A DNA stretch of 64,000 bases from positions 107,559-171,558 of the forward strand of contig JALUEE010000033.1 in NCBI GenBank assembly GCA_027053075.1. The letters are read 5' to 3'. Position numbers and translations under genes: made by a program. The notes beneath the pieces were generated by a model. That model made no database searches and had not been told where the DNA came from. It worked only from the letters and a program-made list of their open reading frames with translations. Shown here piece after piece: positions 40,715-50,618 of this stretch. Within the stretch, counting starts at the first letter, position 1, and every line of letters begins with the position of its first letter. Source of the DNA: a candidate division WOR-3 bacterium. GTDB taxonomy: Bacteria; Hydrothermota; Hydrothermia; B15-G9; WFZT01.

Positions 40715-41070
40715 AAATCCTCTCCTCTCACACTTATCCAGCTTTCCTTTGTCTCGTACACGCGCACCTCTTTCAGATGATGATTTTTGCCTTTAAGCGG
40801 CTCCTTCAGCCTTCTGAATATCCATATTCCGATATTTTCCACCGTTGGCTGCTTGAAGATTTCGTTTAAATTTTTGTGGTCAAGCTCATCTATAACCAGC
40901 TTCTGGACAATTTTTTCAAGCTCCAGGAAGTCAATAATAAATCCATCCTCGTCTGGCTTGCCGCTCAAGGTGATTCTTATTCTGAAATCGTGTCCGTGCA
41001 GGGGCTCGGGCTCACCCTTAATTTTAACACTATGTGCAGCGCTGAATCTGTACTCTACGCTCAAATCCAT
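40711..41070 (-). CDS. 6-pyruvoyl-tetrahydropterin synthase family protein, Glu-type (PTPS-III-like)
   Basis: FSAAH..EPLHGHDF, IIDF, LDHKNLN, PTVENI, VYET; no Cys in protein. Confidence 0.85.
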   Translation of the reverse strand: MDLSVEYRFSAAHSVKIKGEPEPLHGHDFRIRITLSGKPDEDGFIIDFLELEKIVQKLVIDELDHKNLNEIFKQPTVENIGIWIFRRLKEPLKGKNHHLKEVRVYETKESWISVRGEDL

Positions 41071-41483
41071 CACACATCACAGATGAATCTGGCATGCCAG
41101 CCCTTCTCGTCCTGCCAGATTTTTAGCTGGTGGTATGTGGCGCTCTTTATGCCAATTACCATTTCGTGTCTGTTCTTATCCATAGGCTCTCCGCAAGCTT
41201 TGCCTTTAAGCTTCTGCCCATTTATTTTTACTTCGAATTTACTAAAGAGCATCCGATGGGCCTCAAAATGGAATAAAAGCTCATTAAGCCAAGAAATAAA
41301 AAGGTCCTCGAGGGTTTCTTCCTCAAGCTCCACATCAATACATTTAGAAGGTTTCACATCCTCGAAGTTTTCTACCATTTCCTTAAACATAGCCCGCGCG
41401 GACTCCACGAAGAGGCCCTCGAGGGTGTCACTGTGCACGATGAATCCATAATCTGCTGTGTGATCAAGTGTCTCGTAAGGCAT
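41070..41483 (-). CDS. Archease
   Basis: YETLDHTAD, WLNELLF, IKSATYHQL, FICDV. Confidence 0.93.
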   Translation of the reverse strand: MPYETLDHTADYGFIVHSDTLEGLFVESARAMFKEMVENFEDVKPSKCIDVELEEETLEDLFISWLNELLFHFEAHRMLFSKFEVKINGQKLKGKACGEPMDKNRHEMVIGIKSATYHQLKIWQDEKGWHARFICDV

Positions 41484-41500
41484 GGGTTATAATTTTACTC

Positions 41501-42508
41501 ATGTTTACGAAACTTTTCACCCTTCTTGCGATTCTCGGACAGATTTCAGGTGCTCCAAAACCTGTCATTGTTCTAATGGGTGGAGATCTGATGCCATCGG
41601 GCAGTCTGCTTGAATTTGTCGAGAAAGAGCCGCTTTACCCATTCAAAAACATCATGGGGCTTCTCCGTTCTGCCGATGTGGCATTTTTCAATCTGGAGTG
41701 CCCAATCACCGATACTGGCACACCTGTGAAGGGTAAGGAATACATCTTCAAGTTCCCTCCACATTTTGCATGGGCGCTGAAAAAGGCGGGAGTGACCGGA
41801 GTAACTCTTGCTAACAATCACATTATGGATTTTGGAGTGGAAGGACTTGCAAGCACTATCAGGGTTCTTGATAGCCTCGGAATTGGCCACTGCGGTGCGG
41901 GTATGAATATTGATTCCGCACGGAAGCCTTATACAGTCACGGCACAGGGGATCAAAATTGCTTTTTTATGTTATTCCAATACCCTCCCCAAAAGTTACTG
42001 GGCGGATTCTAATAAGGCGGGCACCATTCACGGAGTAGAGAAGAATATAAAATATGACCTCGAGCACGTGAATGCCGATTTTAAAGTTGTGGTCTTCCAC
42101 TGGAGCAGTGAGCTTCTTGATACCCCCAAGCTGTATCAGAGAATTCTTGCCCATTATGCCATTGACCATGGGGCATCTGTTGTGATAGGGCACCATCCCC
42201 ATGTGGTTCAGCCCATTGAATTTTACAAAGGCAGGCCCATTTTCTATTCGCTTGGCAATTTTATTTTTGGTTCATACACGAAAAAGGCAAACGGCATGCT
42301 TACAATGGTAAAAATTTTCAGTAAAGACAGCACTGATTTTTACGTCATACCTTTGAAGACTACTTATTGGACTTCAAAGTTTCAAACCACCCCGTCTGAT
42401 AGTCTGGATTACATAAAAAGATTGAGCCCCGGGGTTAACTTCATCCCTGAAAAATTTGCTGGATACGCTGCATTCAGAGTGGAGCCTGGAGATACTATTT
42501 CAAAATAA
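41501..42508 (+). CDS. CapA/PgsA family metallophosphoesterase
   Basis: GGDLM, NLECPI, LANNHIMDFG, FHWSSE, GHHPHV, YSLGNF. Confidence 0.9.
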   Translation: MFTKLFTLLAILGQISGAPKPVIVLMGGDLMPSGSLLEFVEKEPLYPFKNIMGLLRSADVAFFNLECPITDTGTPVKGKEYIFKFPPHFAWALKKAGVTGVTLANNHIMDFGVEGLASTIRVLDSLGIGHCGAGMNIDSARKPYTVTAQGIKIAFLCYSNTLPKSYWADSNKAGTIHGVEKNIKYDLEHVNADFKVVVFHWSSELLDTPKLYQRILAHYAIDHGASVVIGHHPHVVQPIEFYKGRPIFYSLGNFIFGSYTKKANGMLTMVKIFSKDSTDFYVIPLKTTYWTSKFQTTPSDSLDYIKRLSPGVNFIPEKFAGYAAFRVEPGDTISK

Positions 42509-43442
42509 CATACTTCCCAAGAGGTTCCTGGTAAAACTTTTTCTTTCGGCCAAATAATTTCCTGAATAAGCTTGGAGATGTGGCCTTTTTGATTTCGTCA
42601 ATCTTTTTGAGAGCTTCTTCATAGCCCTCTTTAAAGAGAAATTCGGCAGCATCGGTGTCATACCACTCAATATGTGATATCCGGGGTTTTAGAACAACAT
42701 CTGCCATTGAGAGTTGCTTAAGATGAAGCCTGTAATTGGACCAGTCTTCGGTCCGCCACATTATTTCGAGTCCTGACTCAAGCGGGTCTTCGGGCGATGG
42801 GTCTCTTCCCACGTCCACGGCGATAACCACATCAGCACCGAGCAGGTATGCACTTTCCACAGGCACCTTCTGGGTGGTTCCTCCATCCACGAGGATCATA
42901 CCGTCAAGCTCAACAGGTGGCAGCAAGCCGGGAATGGCACTTGTGGCCCTGACAGCCTTGATCACCTCTCCGGTTCCAATCACAACATCCTTTCCGGAAA
43001 TTATATCAAGAGCAACGGTATAAACTGGCATTTCGAGGTCTTCAAAGGTCAGGCCACGTGGATAAATTAACTCAAAGAACTCCTGAATAGTCTCAACAGG
43101 TACCATAGAGCGGTGGACAAGGGATTTTCTTAAAAGCATCGCGCCTCTAACGGTGCTCAGAAATTTCTGAATTCTTCCAGCATCTTCTTTGTCTCCCTGG
43201 TGGTTGAGCTTGTAATTCTGGAGTTTCATCTCTTTGACTATCTCAGAGTGAGCGGCGTTTTCGAGCACCTTATAGCATTCGTAAATATCTTTCTTGAAGG
43301 CATAAAGGGTGCCGATTATTCCCCCTGCACTGGTCCCCACTATGAAATCAAACTTAATATCGTGCTTTTTCAGGGCCTCAAGGACTCCTAAATGGGCAAA
43401 TCCTCTGACAGAGCCTCCGCCAAGTGCGAGTGCAACCTTCAT
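42495..43442 (-). CDS. Patatin-like phospholipase
   Basis: LGGGSVRGFAHLG, GTSAG, VDGG. Confidence 0.92.
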   Translation of the reverse strand: MKVALALGGGSVRGFAHLGVLEALKKHDIKFDFIVGTSAGGIIGTLYAFKKDIYECYKVLENAAHSEIVKEMKLQNYKLNHQGDKEDAGRIQKFLSTVRGAMLLRKSLVHRSMVPVETIQEFFELIYPRGLTFEDLEMPVYTVALDIISGKDVVIGTGEVIKAVRATSAIPGLLPPVELDGMILVDGGTTQKVPVESAYLLGADVVIAVDVGRDPSPEDPLESGLEIMWRTEDWSNYRLHLKQLSMADVVLKPRISHIEWYDTDAAEFLFKEGYEEALKKIDEIKKATSPSLFRKLFGRKKKFYQEPLGKYVILK

Positions 43443-43813
43443 TTCTTTATTATCATGATCTCAAACTTACCTCTGTCCGAGATAAAGTAATTGAGAATCG
43501 TACTGATGATGGACATAAATATGGCTCCAATGAATGCGGCCCAGAATCCGTGAATTTCAAATCCCTCAACAACGCTCGCGGTGATGAGGAGCATAATCGC
43601 ATTGATTACAAATGTGAAAAGCCCGAGAGTGAGAAAATTCAGTGGTAGGGTAAGAATCAGCAAAATGGGGCGGATTATGGCGTTCAGGATACCGAGAACA
43701 AGAGTTGCTATCAAAAGTGAGAAAATACCATGGATTTCAATACCTTTGATAATCCAGGCTGTAACAGCAAGGGCTATGGCTGAAACAAGCCAACGAATAA
43801 CAAATCCTCTCAT
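43439..43813 (-). CDS. Phage holin family 4 / YvlD-like membrane protein
   Basis: LGILNAIIRPILLILTLPLNFLTLGLFTFVINA; GGAGG SD. Confidence 0.88.
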   Translation of the reverse strand: MRGFVIRWLVSAIALAVTAWIIKGIEIHGIFSLLIATLVLGILNAIIRPILLILTLPLNFLTLGLFTFVINAIMLLITASVVEGFEIHGFWAAFIGAIFMSIISTILNYFISDRGKFEIMIIKK

Positions 43814-44059
43814 AAATAACCTCCTCCGAAGTTGTGAGAATTATACTCACAAACCAACCATATTCTCAAGATACGGATGGATGGGCTTAGAGATGTGACT
43901 TTCTTTTGTGTCTTACTTTTTGAGCAGTGAAGGAGATTTTTGACGGATGCCGGCCCCTTGACAGGTATGGGTTTGACTTTATTATATACAAACTCCCCAT
44001 TATGGATACATCTTTCCTGGGAAAAGGCATAACCCCTAAAAATCGGAGTGGGAAAAGGA

Positions 44060-45286
44060 ATGAACCTTAAAAACTCATATCCTGCAATAGTTGTCGGAGC
44101 TGGCCCTGCAGGATCCGCGGCCGCTTTGACCCTTGCAAAAAATGGTATTGAAACGCTTTTAATTGAGAAACAACGTGAAGTTGGAAAAGACATATTCTGC
44201 GCAGAAGGTATCTCAGTAAACACGCTTAATCTCACAAAAAATATTTTCGGAATCGAGAACCCGGAGAAGTTCATTGCTTCAAAAATTGATACTCTTAGAA
44301 TCATTGCCCCGGACTTAGATTACTTTGAGGTATATAAAGACGATATGAGTGTTGTACTTGAGAGGAAGATATTTGACCGAACCCTTGCTGAAAAGGCGGC
44401 GGCAGCAGGTGCAGAGCTTTCTGTCAGTACAAAATTCCTGAGGGCGGAGCGTGATAACGGACGCATAAAAATTGAAGTGTTAAAAGACGGGAAAGTACAT
44501 GAAATTTTCACAGATTTGCTGATTGGTGCAGATGGGCCGGGCTCAGCTGTAGCCACATCGCTTGGCCTCAACATGGAGGTTTCCGAGCAGGATGTCCACA
44601 AATGCGCTCAGTTTCTTGTTTACGATGAGAAGATTCCATCAAACAGAATGGATTTTCTATTCTCTGAAAAATATTCACCCACCGGCTACGCCTGGGTTTT
44701 CCCCAAAGGTCGCGGGCTTGCCAACCTCGGAGTGGGGGTAACCGTTGAAACCAATAAAGACCCCATGGATTATTTAAAAACTATCATCAGTGAATTTTAT
44801 CCGAATGCAAGAATCATAGGATGGCTCAGGGGGGTGGTACCTGTAGGAGGAAACTTAAAAAAGATTTATACAGATAACCTTCTGGTGGTTGGAGATGCGG
44901 CGCGCCTTGCTGACCCTGCCACAGGTGGAGGCATTGCTACTGCGATAATCAGCGGTAAAATTGCCGGTGAAGTCGGAGCCGAGGCTATCAAAAAAGGCGA
45001 CCTGAGTGAAAAATTTCTCAAAAAATATGAAAAAAATTACTGGAACGAAATCGGACTTGACTATAAAATTTCATTAATTCTCAAAGACTATTTGAAAAAC
45101 TATACAGATGAGCGGATAATTAAACTATACAGGGTTCTAAAAAAACTCTTCGCCGGTAAAAACCTGCAAACGCTAAACCTGAGTGAGCTCTTTTTTAACA
45201 GTGTAAAAAATTCAAAAGAGATACTCAGCCTTCTTCTTGGGAGTGGAGGTGATGTTGTCAACAGTTTACGAAAAGTTATTTTCTGA
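44060..45286 (+). CDS. Geranylgeranyl reductase family FAD oxidoreductase (DGGR-like)
   Basis: VGAGPAGS, CAEGIS, GADG, GYAWVFPKG, GDAARLADPATGGGI. Confidence 0.88.
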   Translation: MNLKNSYPAIVVGAGPAGSAAALTLAKNGIETLLIEKQREVGKDIFCAEGISVNTLNLTKNIFGIENPEKFIASKIDTLRIIAPDLDYFEVYKDDMSVVLERKIFDRTLAEKAAAAGAELSVSTKFLRAERDNGRIKIEVLKDGKVHEIFTDLLIGADGPGSAVATSLGLNMEVSEQDVHKCAQFLVYDEKIPSNRMDFLFSEKYSPTGYAWVFPKGRGLANLGVGVTVETNKDPMDYLKTIISEFYPNARIIGWLRGVVPVGGNLKKIYTDNLLVVGDAARLADPATGGGIATAIISGKIAGEVGAEAIKKGDLSEKFLKKYEKNYWNEIGLDYKISLILKDYLKNYTDERIIKLYRVLKKLFAGKNLQTLNLSELFFNSVKNSKEILSLLLGSGGDVVNSLRKVIF

Positions 45287-45974
45287 CTCGACTGATCCTG
45301 GTGTCCTGATTCTTATAGACCCGGACAAAGTGAACAGGAATGAGGTGGAGGAACTTATTGCGAAAATCAACAGTCATGACCGTGTTAAGGCGATTCTCGT
45401 CGGAACAAGTGTTCTCCTGTCGGAAGATTTCAATGAATTCGTTATGAGGGTGAAAGAGGTTTCAAAATACCCTGTTATCATATTTCCTGGCAATTCGTTA
45501 CAGGTCTCTAAAAACGCAGATGCGTTTTTATTGCCTTCACTTATCAGTGGAAGGAATCCAGATTTTTTGATCGGAGAGCATGTAAAAATTTCGGTTTTCT
45601 TAAAAAATTCAGGAATTGAGGTAATACCAACTGGTTACATGCTGATTGAATCAGGCAACTACACATCGGTTGAATATATCTCTTTCACAAGACCAATACC
45701 ACGTGAAAAGATAGATATAGCTATTGCCCATGCGGTTGCTGGTGAGCTACTCGGCCTGAAATTGCTTTATCTTGAGGCGGGCTCCGGGGCAAAATTCCCG
45801 GTGCCACCAGAGATGATTAAAAGCGTTGTGGATTCTGTTTCTATTCCGGTTATTGTTGGTGGTGGCCTTAGAACTAAAGAGGATGTGGAAAACGCACTTG
45901 CCTCAGGTGCAAGACATGTGGTCATAGGTACTGCTTTTGAGGAGAATCCAGAGATTCTCCGGGAGGTGCTATGA
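45252..45974 (+). CDS. Geranylgeranylglyceryl/heptaprenylglyceryl phosphate synthase (group II-like)
   Basis: LIDPDK, IIFPG, SLISGRNPDFLIGEH, PTGYMLIESG, YLEAGSGA, IVGGGLR. Confidence 0.92.
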   Translation: MLSTVYEKLFSDSTDPGVLILIDPDKVNRNEVEELIAKINSHDRVKAILVGTSVLLSEDFNEFVMRVKEVSKYPVIIFPGNSLQVSKNADAFLLPSLISGRNPDFLIGEHVKISVFLKNSGIEVIPTGYMLIESGNYTSVEYISFTRPIPREKIDIAIAHAVAGELLGLKLLYLEAGSGAKFPVPPEMIKSVVDSVSIPVIVGGGLRTKEDVENALASGARHVVIGTAFEENPEILREVL

Positions 45975-46651
45975 AAGTAATTGAAAAAACAAGAATTACG
46001 TTGAAAGAACTCAAAGAAAACCCTAAAATTCGGCACTTTGTTAAAAAGGCTGACGAGACGCTGGCCGCTCTTGGGTACACCGAGCATGGGGAGAGGCATG
46101 TTTCCCTCGTGGCTCAGAGAGCGGGAAAGATTTTAAGGGAGTTGGGGTACCCTGAAAGGATGGCAGAGCTTGCCGAAGTGGCAGGCTATCTCCACGATGT
46201 GGGAAATCTAATCAACAGGGAGTATCATGCACAGACCGGTGCAGTTCTCGCTTACAAAATCCTTGAAGAGATGGGCATGGACTACGAGGAGCTTGCTGAG
46301 GTGATGATGGCAATTGGGAACCATCATGAGGAAGACGGTGTCCCCGTATCACCAATTGCTGCTGCCCTCATTCTCGCAGACAAGTCCGATGTTCATCGCT
46401 CGAGAGTTAGGCCCATCGGAAACATCAAGGAAGATATACATGATAGGGTAAACTATGCAGCAACTTTTTCAAAAATTATTGTCGATAGGGAAAATAAGGT
46501 CATCACTTATAAAATTCAAATTGACACCGAGATTGCTCCTGTAATGGAGTATTTTCAGATCTTTCTCTCAAGGATGCTCATCGCGTCCAAGGCAGCAAAA
46601 AGATTGGGGTGCAAATTTGAGCTGATTATAAACGACACAAAAATGATTTAA
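45971..46651 (+). CDS. HD-domain phosphohydrolase
   Basis: GYTEHGERH, YLHDVGN, GNHHE, LILADKSDVHRSRV, DIHDRVNYA. Confidence 0.88.
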   Translation: MKVIEKTRITLKELKENPKIRHFVKKADETLAALGYTEHGERHVSLVAQRAGKILRELGYPERMAELAEVAGYLHDVGNLINREYHAQTGAVLAYKILEEMGMDYEELAEVMMAIGNHHEEDGVPVSPIAAALILADKSDVHRSRVRPIGNIKEDIHDRVNYAATFSKIIVDRENKVITYKIQIDTEIAPVMEYFQIFLSRMLIASKAAKRLGCKFELIINDTKMI

Positions 46652-46684
46652 TTCCCGGAAAAACCCAAAGGAGGTAAGGATAAT

Positions 46685-47956
46685 ATGACTCTTCAGGAGT
46701 TAAGGAAGAAAAAGATTGGTGAGCTTTACGAAATCGCCAAACAACTGAATATCGTAAATTACTCAAGTTACAGAAAAGAGGAATTAATTAAAAGAATCCT
46801 TGACGCATTTGCGGAGAAAGAAGGTAAACAGTTCAGGGAGGGTGTGCTGGAAATCCATCAGGAGGGCGGATTCGGATTCCTGAGGCTCAAGGAGTACAAC
46901 TACAATCCCAGCCCTCAGGATATTTACGTCTCTCCCTCGCAGATCAAGAAGTTTGGCTTGAGGCCCGGAGACGAGATCAGCGGGCTTGTGAGACCTCCAA
47001 AGGATAGCGAGAAATTTCCAGCACTCATAAAAATCGAGGCAGTGAACGGAGTTTCGCCTGAGGAAGTTCGAAACAGGCCAAGCTTCGAGAAACTCACTCC
47101 CTTCTACCCAACGGAGAAAATCAACCTCGAGATACCTGACGCAGAAGACCTATCCATGAGAATCGTGGACCTCTTTGTTCCCATCGGTAAAGGACAGCGT
47201 GGACTTATTGTCTCTCCCCCGAGAGCCGGTAAAACGGTATTGCTCCAGCAGATTGCAAACTCTATCAAGAGAAACCATCCAGAAGTTTACCTCATCATCC
47301 TTCTGATTGACGAAAGGCCAGAGGAGGTTACAGACTTCAAACGTAAGGTCGAGGCAGAAGTTATTAGTTCCACGTTTGACCAACCTGCTGAAAAGCATAC
47401 ACACGTGGCTGAGATTGTGCTTGAGAGGGCAAAGAGACTTGTGGAAGTTGGAAAGGATGTGGTCATCCTTCTTGACTCACTCACACGTCTTGCGAGGGCC
47501 TATAACGTGGTAACTCCTCATTCTGGTAGAACTCTCACAGGTGGTATTGACTCTACAGCTCTGATTAAGCCCAAAAAGTTCTTTGGCTCAGCAAGAAACA
47601 TCGAGGAAGGTGGAAGCCTCACAATTATTGCAACAGCATTGATCGAGACGGGTTCACGTATGGATGATGTGATCTTCGAAGAGTTTAAGGGTACCGGTAA
47701 CATGGAACTTGTGCTCGATAGGAGACTTGCGGACAGGAGAATCTTCCCAGCAATTGATCTCAACAAATCCGGTACGAGGAGAGAAGAGTTACTCCTTCCC
47801 AAAGACGTTTTGAATAAGGTATGGATCCTGAGAAAGGTTCTCTCCGAGATGAATCCAGTGGAGGCTATGGAGTTCCTGCAGGAGAAGATGAGACTGACGG
47901 TAAGTAATCAGGAATTTCTTAAAAGCCTGACGGAGAGTAAATTCTCTTATGTCTAA
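46685..47956 (+). CDS. rho: Transcription termination factor Rho
   Basis: [53 protein letters not shown]. Confidence 0.98.
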   Translation: MTLQELRKKKIGELYEIAKQLNIVNYSSYRKEELIKRILDAFAEKEGKQFREGVLEIHQEGGFGFLRLKEYNYNPSPQDIYVSPSQIKKFGLRPGDEISGLVRPPKDSEKFPALIKIEAVNGVSPEEVRNRPSFEKLTPFYPTEKINLEIPDAEDLSMRIVDLFVPIGKGQRGLIVSPPRAGKTVLLQQIANSIKRNHPEVYLIILLIDERPEEVTDFKRKVEAEVISSTFDQPAEKHTHVAEIVLERAKRLVEVGKDVVILLDSLTRLARAYNVVTPHSGRTLTGGIDSTALIKPKKFFGSARNIEEGGSLTIIATALIETGSRMDDVIFEEFKGTGNMELVLDRRLADRRIFPAIDLNKSGTRREELLLPKDVLNKVWILRKVLSEMNPVEAMEFLQEKMRLTVSNQEFLKSLTESKFSYV

Positions 47957-49631
47957 TCTATTTGTTCTTTTGATGGCGGCAAACTTCCTGTTTCCTCTCA
48001 GGTTGCCGCCCCTCATAACTGCTGGTTTTGGTGAGTTTAGAATCCTCCGGTTTCACGCCGGAGTTGACCTCTCGACACTCGGTAAAACAGGTTATCCTGT
48101 ACGTGCTGCGGCAGATGGCCATGTAGTTCGCATACGCGCATCCTACTGGGGATACGGTAAGGTCATTTACTTTCAGGATGACAGTACTGGACACATCTTC
48201 GTTTATGCCCATCTCTCAAGATTTAGACCCGAACTCGAACGCTACGTTTACGAAATTCAAAAGAAACAGAAAAAATACAGTGTAAACGATTTCCCGAAGG
48301 ATACTTTTTACTTCAAAAAAGGGCAGATCCTGGCTTGGACTGGTAAAACTGGCACGAGAACTCCCCATCTTCATTTTGAAATCCGGAATAAGGAAAATGA
48401 GCCCGTAAATCCATTCTTCCTCTACCACCTGCCAGATACAACATTCCCGGCGGTTGATTCTTTAAGGGTCATCTCTTGTAAGGACGGCGAGATATATTCA
48501 CAATCAGTTGCCAGAAATGGGGCCATCCTTCACGCAAAGAAGCCTTTCATCATCGAAGTCATCGCCTACGATCCTGTAGCACGTGAAAATGTTACAAATC
48601 CATACAAAATTGAGCTCTGGTCTGGTAAAGAGCTTGTTTATGCAGTTGAATTTGACACATTCAATTACAGCTATCAGAGGGCTGCCGGAGTCTTTTACAG
48701 TTTTGAGGGCCCAAGAGGGGGAAAGAAGTGGATCAGACTGTGTAATCCCTTAGATTTCACCAATCCATTCCAGCTAAAGGCACCTCGTTGCTATAAAAAA
48801 TTCGGGAAATACAGGCTCGTTGTCAAAGATTTTTACGGACATACGACCTCTCTAAGCTTTGAGATCAAAAAGGGAATAGATGCTCCGGACACCGCAGGTT
48901 ATCAGATTAAAACCCCGACTGTCAGGCTAAAATTCAGACCCGACGGTGTTTATGCCATTGGAAAGTTCGAACTCAAGAAAGGCAAGGTCGTCAGAAAATT
49001 CAATAACGGTGTCAGAAAACTCGACGGTAAAAACGAAATTATTCTGGTCTCAGGCAAAGATACCCTTAAAATTCAAAAGGCCACTCTAAGTGTTGATGGG
49101 GACACGGTTAAGGTCGGTCCCTACACCATCGGGGAGATTGATAAGGGACTCCTTTTCAACTCCAACGTTTATTACCTGCATTTTAAGGGTAAGGACTACA
49201 TATTTCCCGAGGTATTGCCCATCAATAGACGTATGATGCTTGCCAGAAACTCAGCTCCAAAAGTGGGAATTTTCAGCTACGACGAAAGGCACAATAAATG
49301 GGATTTCGTGGGCAAAGATACAAGTTACGTCATCTCCTTCGGGGCATTCAAAATGCTCAAGGACACTCGACCTCCAACGGCAAAATTTGTCACAATCTCA
49401 CGCAAGAAGATCGAAATTAAACTTCACGATAATCTTTCAGGTATCAAAAGCGATTCCATAGTATTTTATCTTGACGGCAAATGGGAGCCGGTTCATTACT
49501 ATTTTGACCTGAAAAAGCTCGTCTATTGGCCGCCATTTAAAATCAAAAGGGGCAGGCATACTTACAGACTCATAATTTCCGATAATCTCGGAAATGTTAA
49601 AGACCTGCGCGGCACAATTGTCATAAAATGA
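47949..49631 (+). CDS. M23 family metallopeptidase
   Basis: [28 protein letters not shown]. Confidence 0.88.
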   Translation: MSNLFVLLMAANFLFPLRLPPLITAGFGEFRILRFHAGVDLSTLGKTGYPVRAAADGHVVRIRASYWGYGKVIYFQDDSTGHIFVYAHLSRFRPELERYVYEIQKKQKKYSVNDFPKDTFYFKKGQILAWTGKTGTRTPHLHFEIRNKENEPVNPFFLYHLPDTTFPAVDSLRVISCKDGEIYSQSVARNGAILHAKKPFIIEVIAYDPVARENVTNPYKIELWSGKELVYAVEFDTFNYSYQRAAGVFYSFEGPRGGKKWIRLCNPLDFTNPFQLKAPRCYKKFGKYRLVVKDFYGHTTSLSFEIKKGIDAPDTAGYQIKTPTVRLKFRPDGVYAIGKFELKKGKVVRKFNNGVRKLDGKNEIILVSGKDTLKIQKATLSVDGDTVKVGPYTIGEIDKGLLFNSNVYYLHFKGKDYIFPEVLPINRRMMLARNSAPKVGIFSYDERHNKWDFVGKDTSYVISFGAFKMLKDTRPPTAKFVTISRKKIEIKLHDNLSGIKSDSIVFYLDGKWEPVHYYFDLKKLVYWPPFKIKRGRHTYRLIISDNLGNVKDLRGTIVIK

Positions 49632-50443
49632 AGAAGCCACGCTCAAAATTAGGCCAGGTCTTTTTAAAGGACAAAAATATACTGGATAAAATCGTAAGGT
49701 ATGCCGGTGTCAGGGAGGGGGAGTGGATTCTTGAAATCGGCCCTGGACGCGGGGCACTCACAGAATTTCTATTGATGCGTGGTGCCAATTTAATTGCTTT
49801 CGAAATTGACCCAAAACTGGTCTCAGAGCTCAAAAAAAGATACGGCTTACTTATTGGTGATCGGCTGATTGTTGTGGAAGAAGATTTCCTGAAGGCTGAC
49901 CTCAAGGAAAAGCTAAAAGAACATGGGATTCCTGCTCCGCTCAAAGTGGTTTCTAATATCCCTTATTACATCACCACCCCCATCCTTGAAAAGCTTATCA
50001 GGGATAGGGAGCTTTTCTCCGAAATTTATCTTACTATCCAGAAAGAGGTGGCAAGGAGATTGGTGGCATCACCTGACACAAGCGAGTATGGCTCTCTAAC
50101 CCTTTACCTTGCCATGTTTTTCGACATTGAGGTTCTTTTCAACATACCCAAAACCTGTTTCAGACCCATACCAAAGGTTGATTCGGCCTTTGTGAAAATG
50201 AGGGTGCGGGAGAAACCTCCGATAGAGGTGAGTGACCCGAAATTTCTGGAAAAACTGATCAGATTTTCATTTGGTGGGAGAAGGAAGAAACTCAAAACTG
50301 TTTTGAAGCACAATTTTGGAAAGCTTGAATTCGACAAAATTGAGAGTGAATCAGGGATTTCTCTGGACAGACGTGGAGAGACCCTCTCCCTTGAAGAGTT
50401 TGAAAAGCTTGCAAGGACAGTAAAAGACCATCTCAAAAAGTAG
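49628..50443 (+). CDS. rsmA: 16S rRNA adenine dimethyltransferase RsmA/KsgA
   Basis: LGQVFL, EIGPGRGALT, SNIPYYITTP, FRPIPKVDSA. Confidence 0.95.
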   Translation: MKKPRSKLGQVFLKDKNILDKIVRYAGVREGEWILEIGPGRGALTEFLLMRGANLIAFEIDPKLVSELKKRYGLLIGDRLIVVEEDFLKADLKEKLKEHGIPAPLKVVSNIPYYITTPILEKLIRDRELFSEIYLTIQKEVARRLVASPDTSEYGSLTLYLAMFFDIEVLFNIPKTCFRPIPKVDSAFVKMRVREKPPIEVSDPKFLEKLIRFSFGGRRKKLKTVLKHNFGKLEFDKIESESGISLDRRGETLSLEEFEKLARTVKDHLKK

Positions 50444-50618
50444 GGTTTAGACTAACTTCTATTACTCATAATGCATGAAACCCATCTCACGCATAAGATA
50501 CGCAGGGGAATTATTGTCCTATCCTTCTTGGTGAAAAGAAGTGTTTCAAGATACATGGCCATTGGTGAATTTTTTGAAACACTGGCAAGAATTTGCCTGC
50601 TCGACTCAGAAAAAAACT

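Noticed and set aside
43439..43813. Prophage suggested by holin-family gene
   Set aside because: YvlD-like 4-TM proteins are common chromosomal genes; no phage structural, lysis or integrase genes are nearby.
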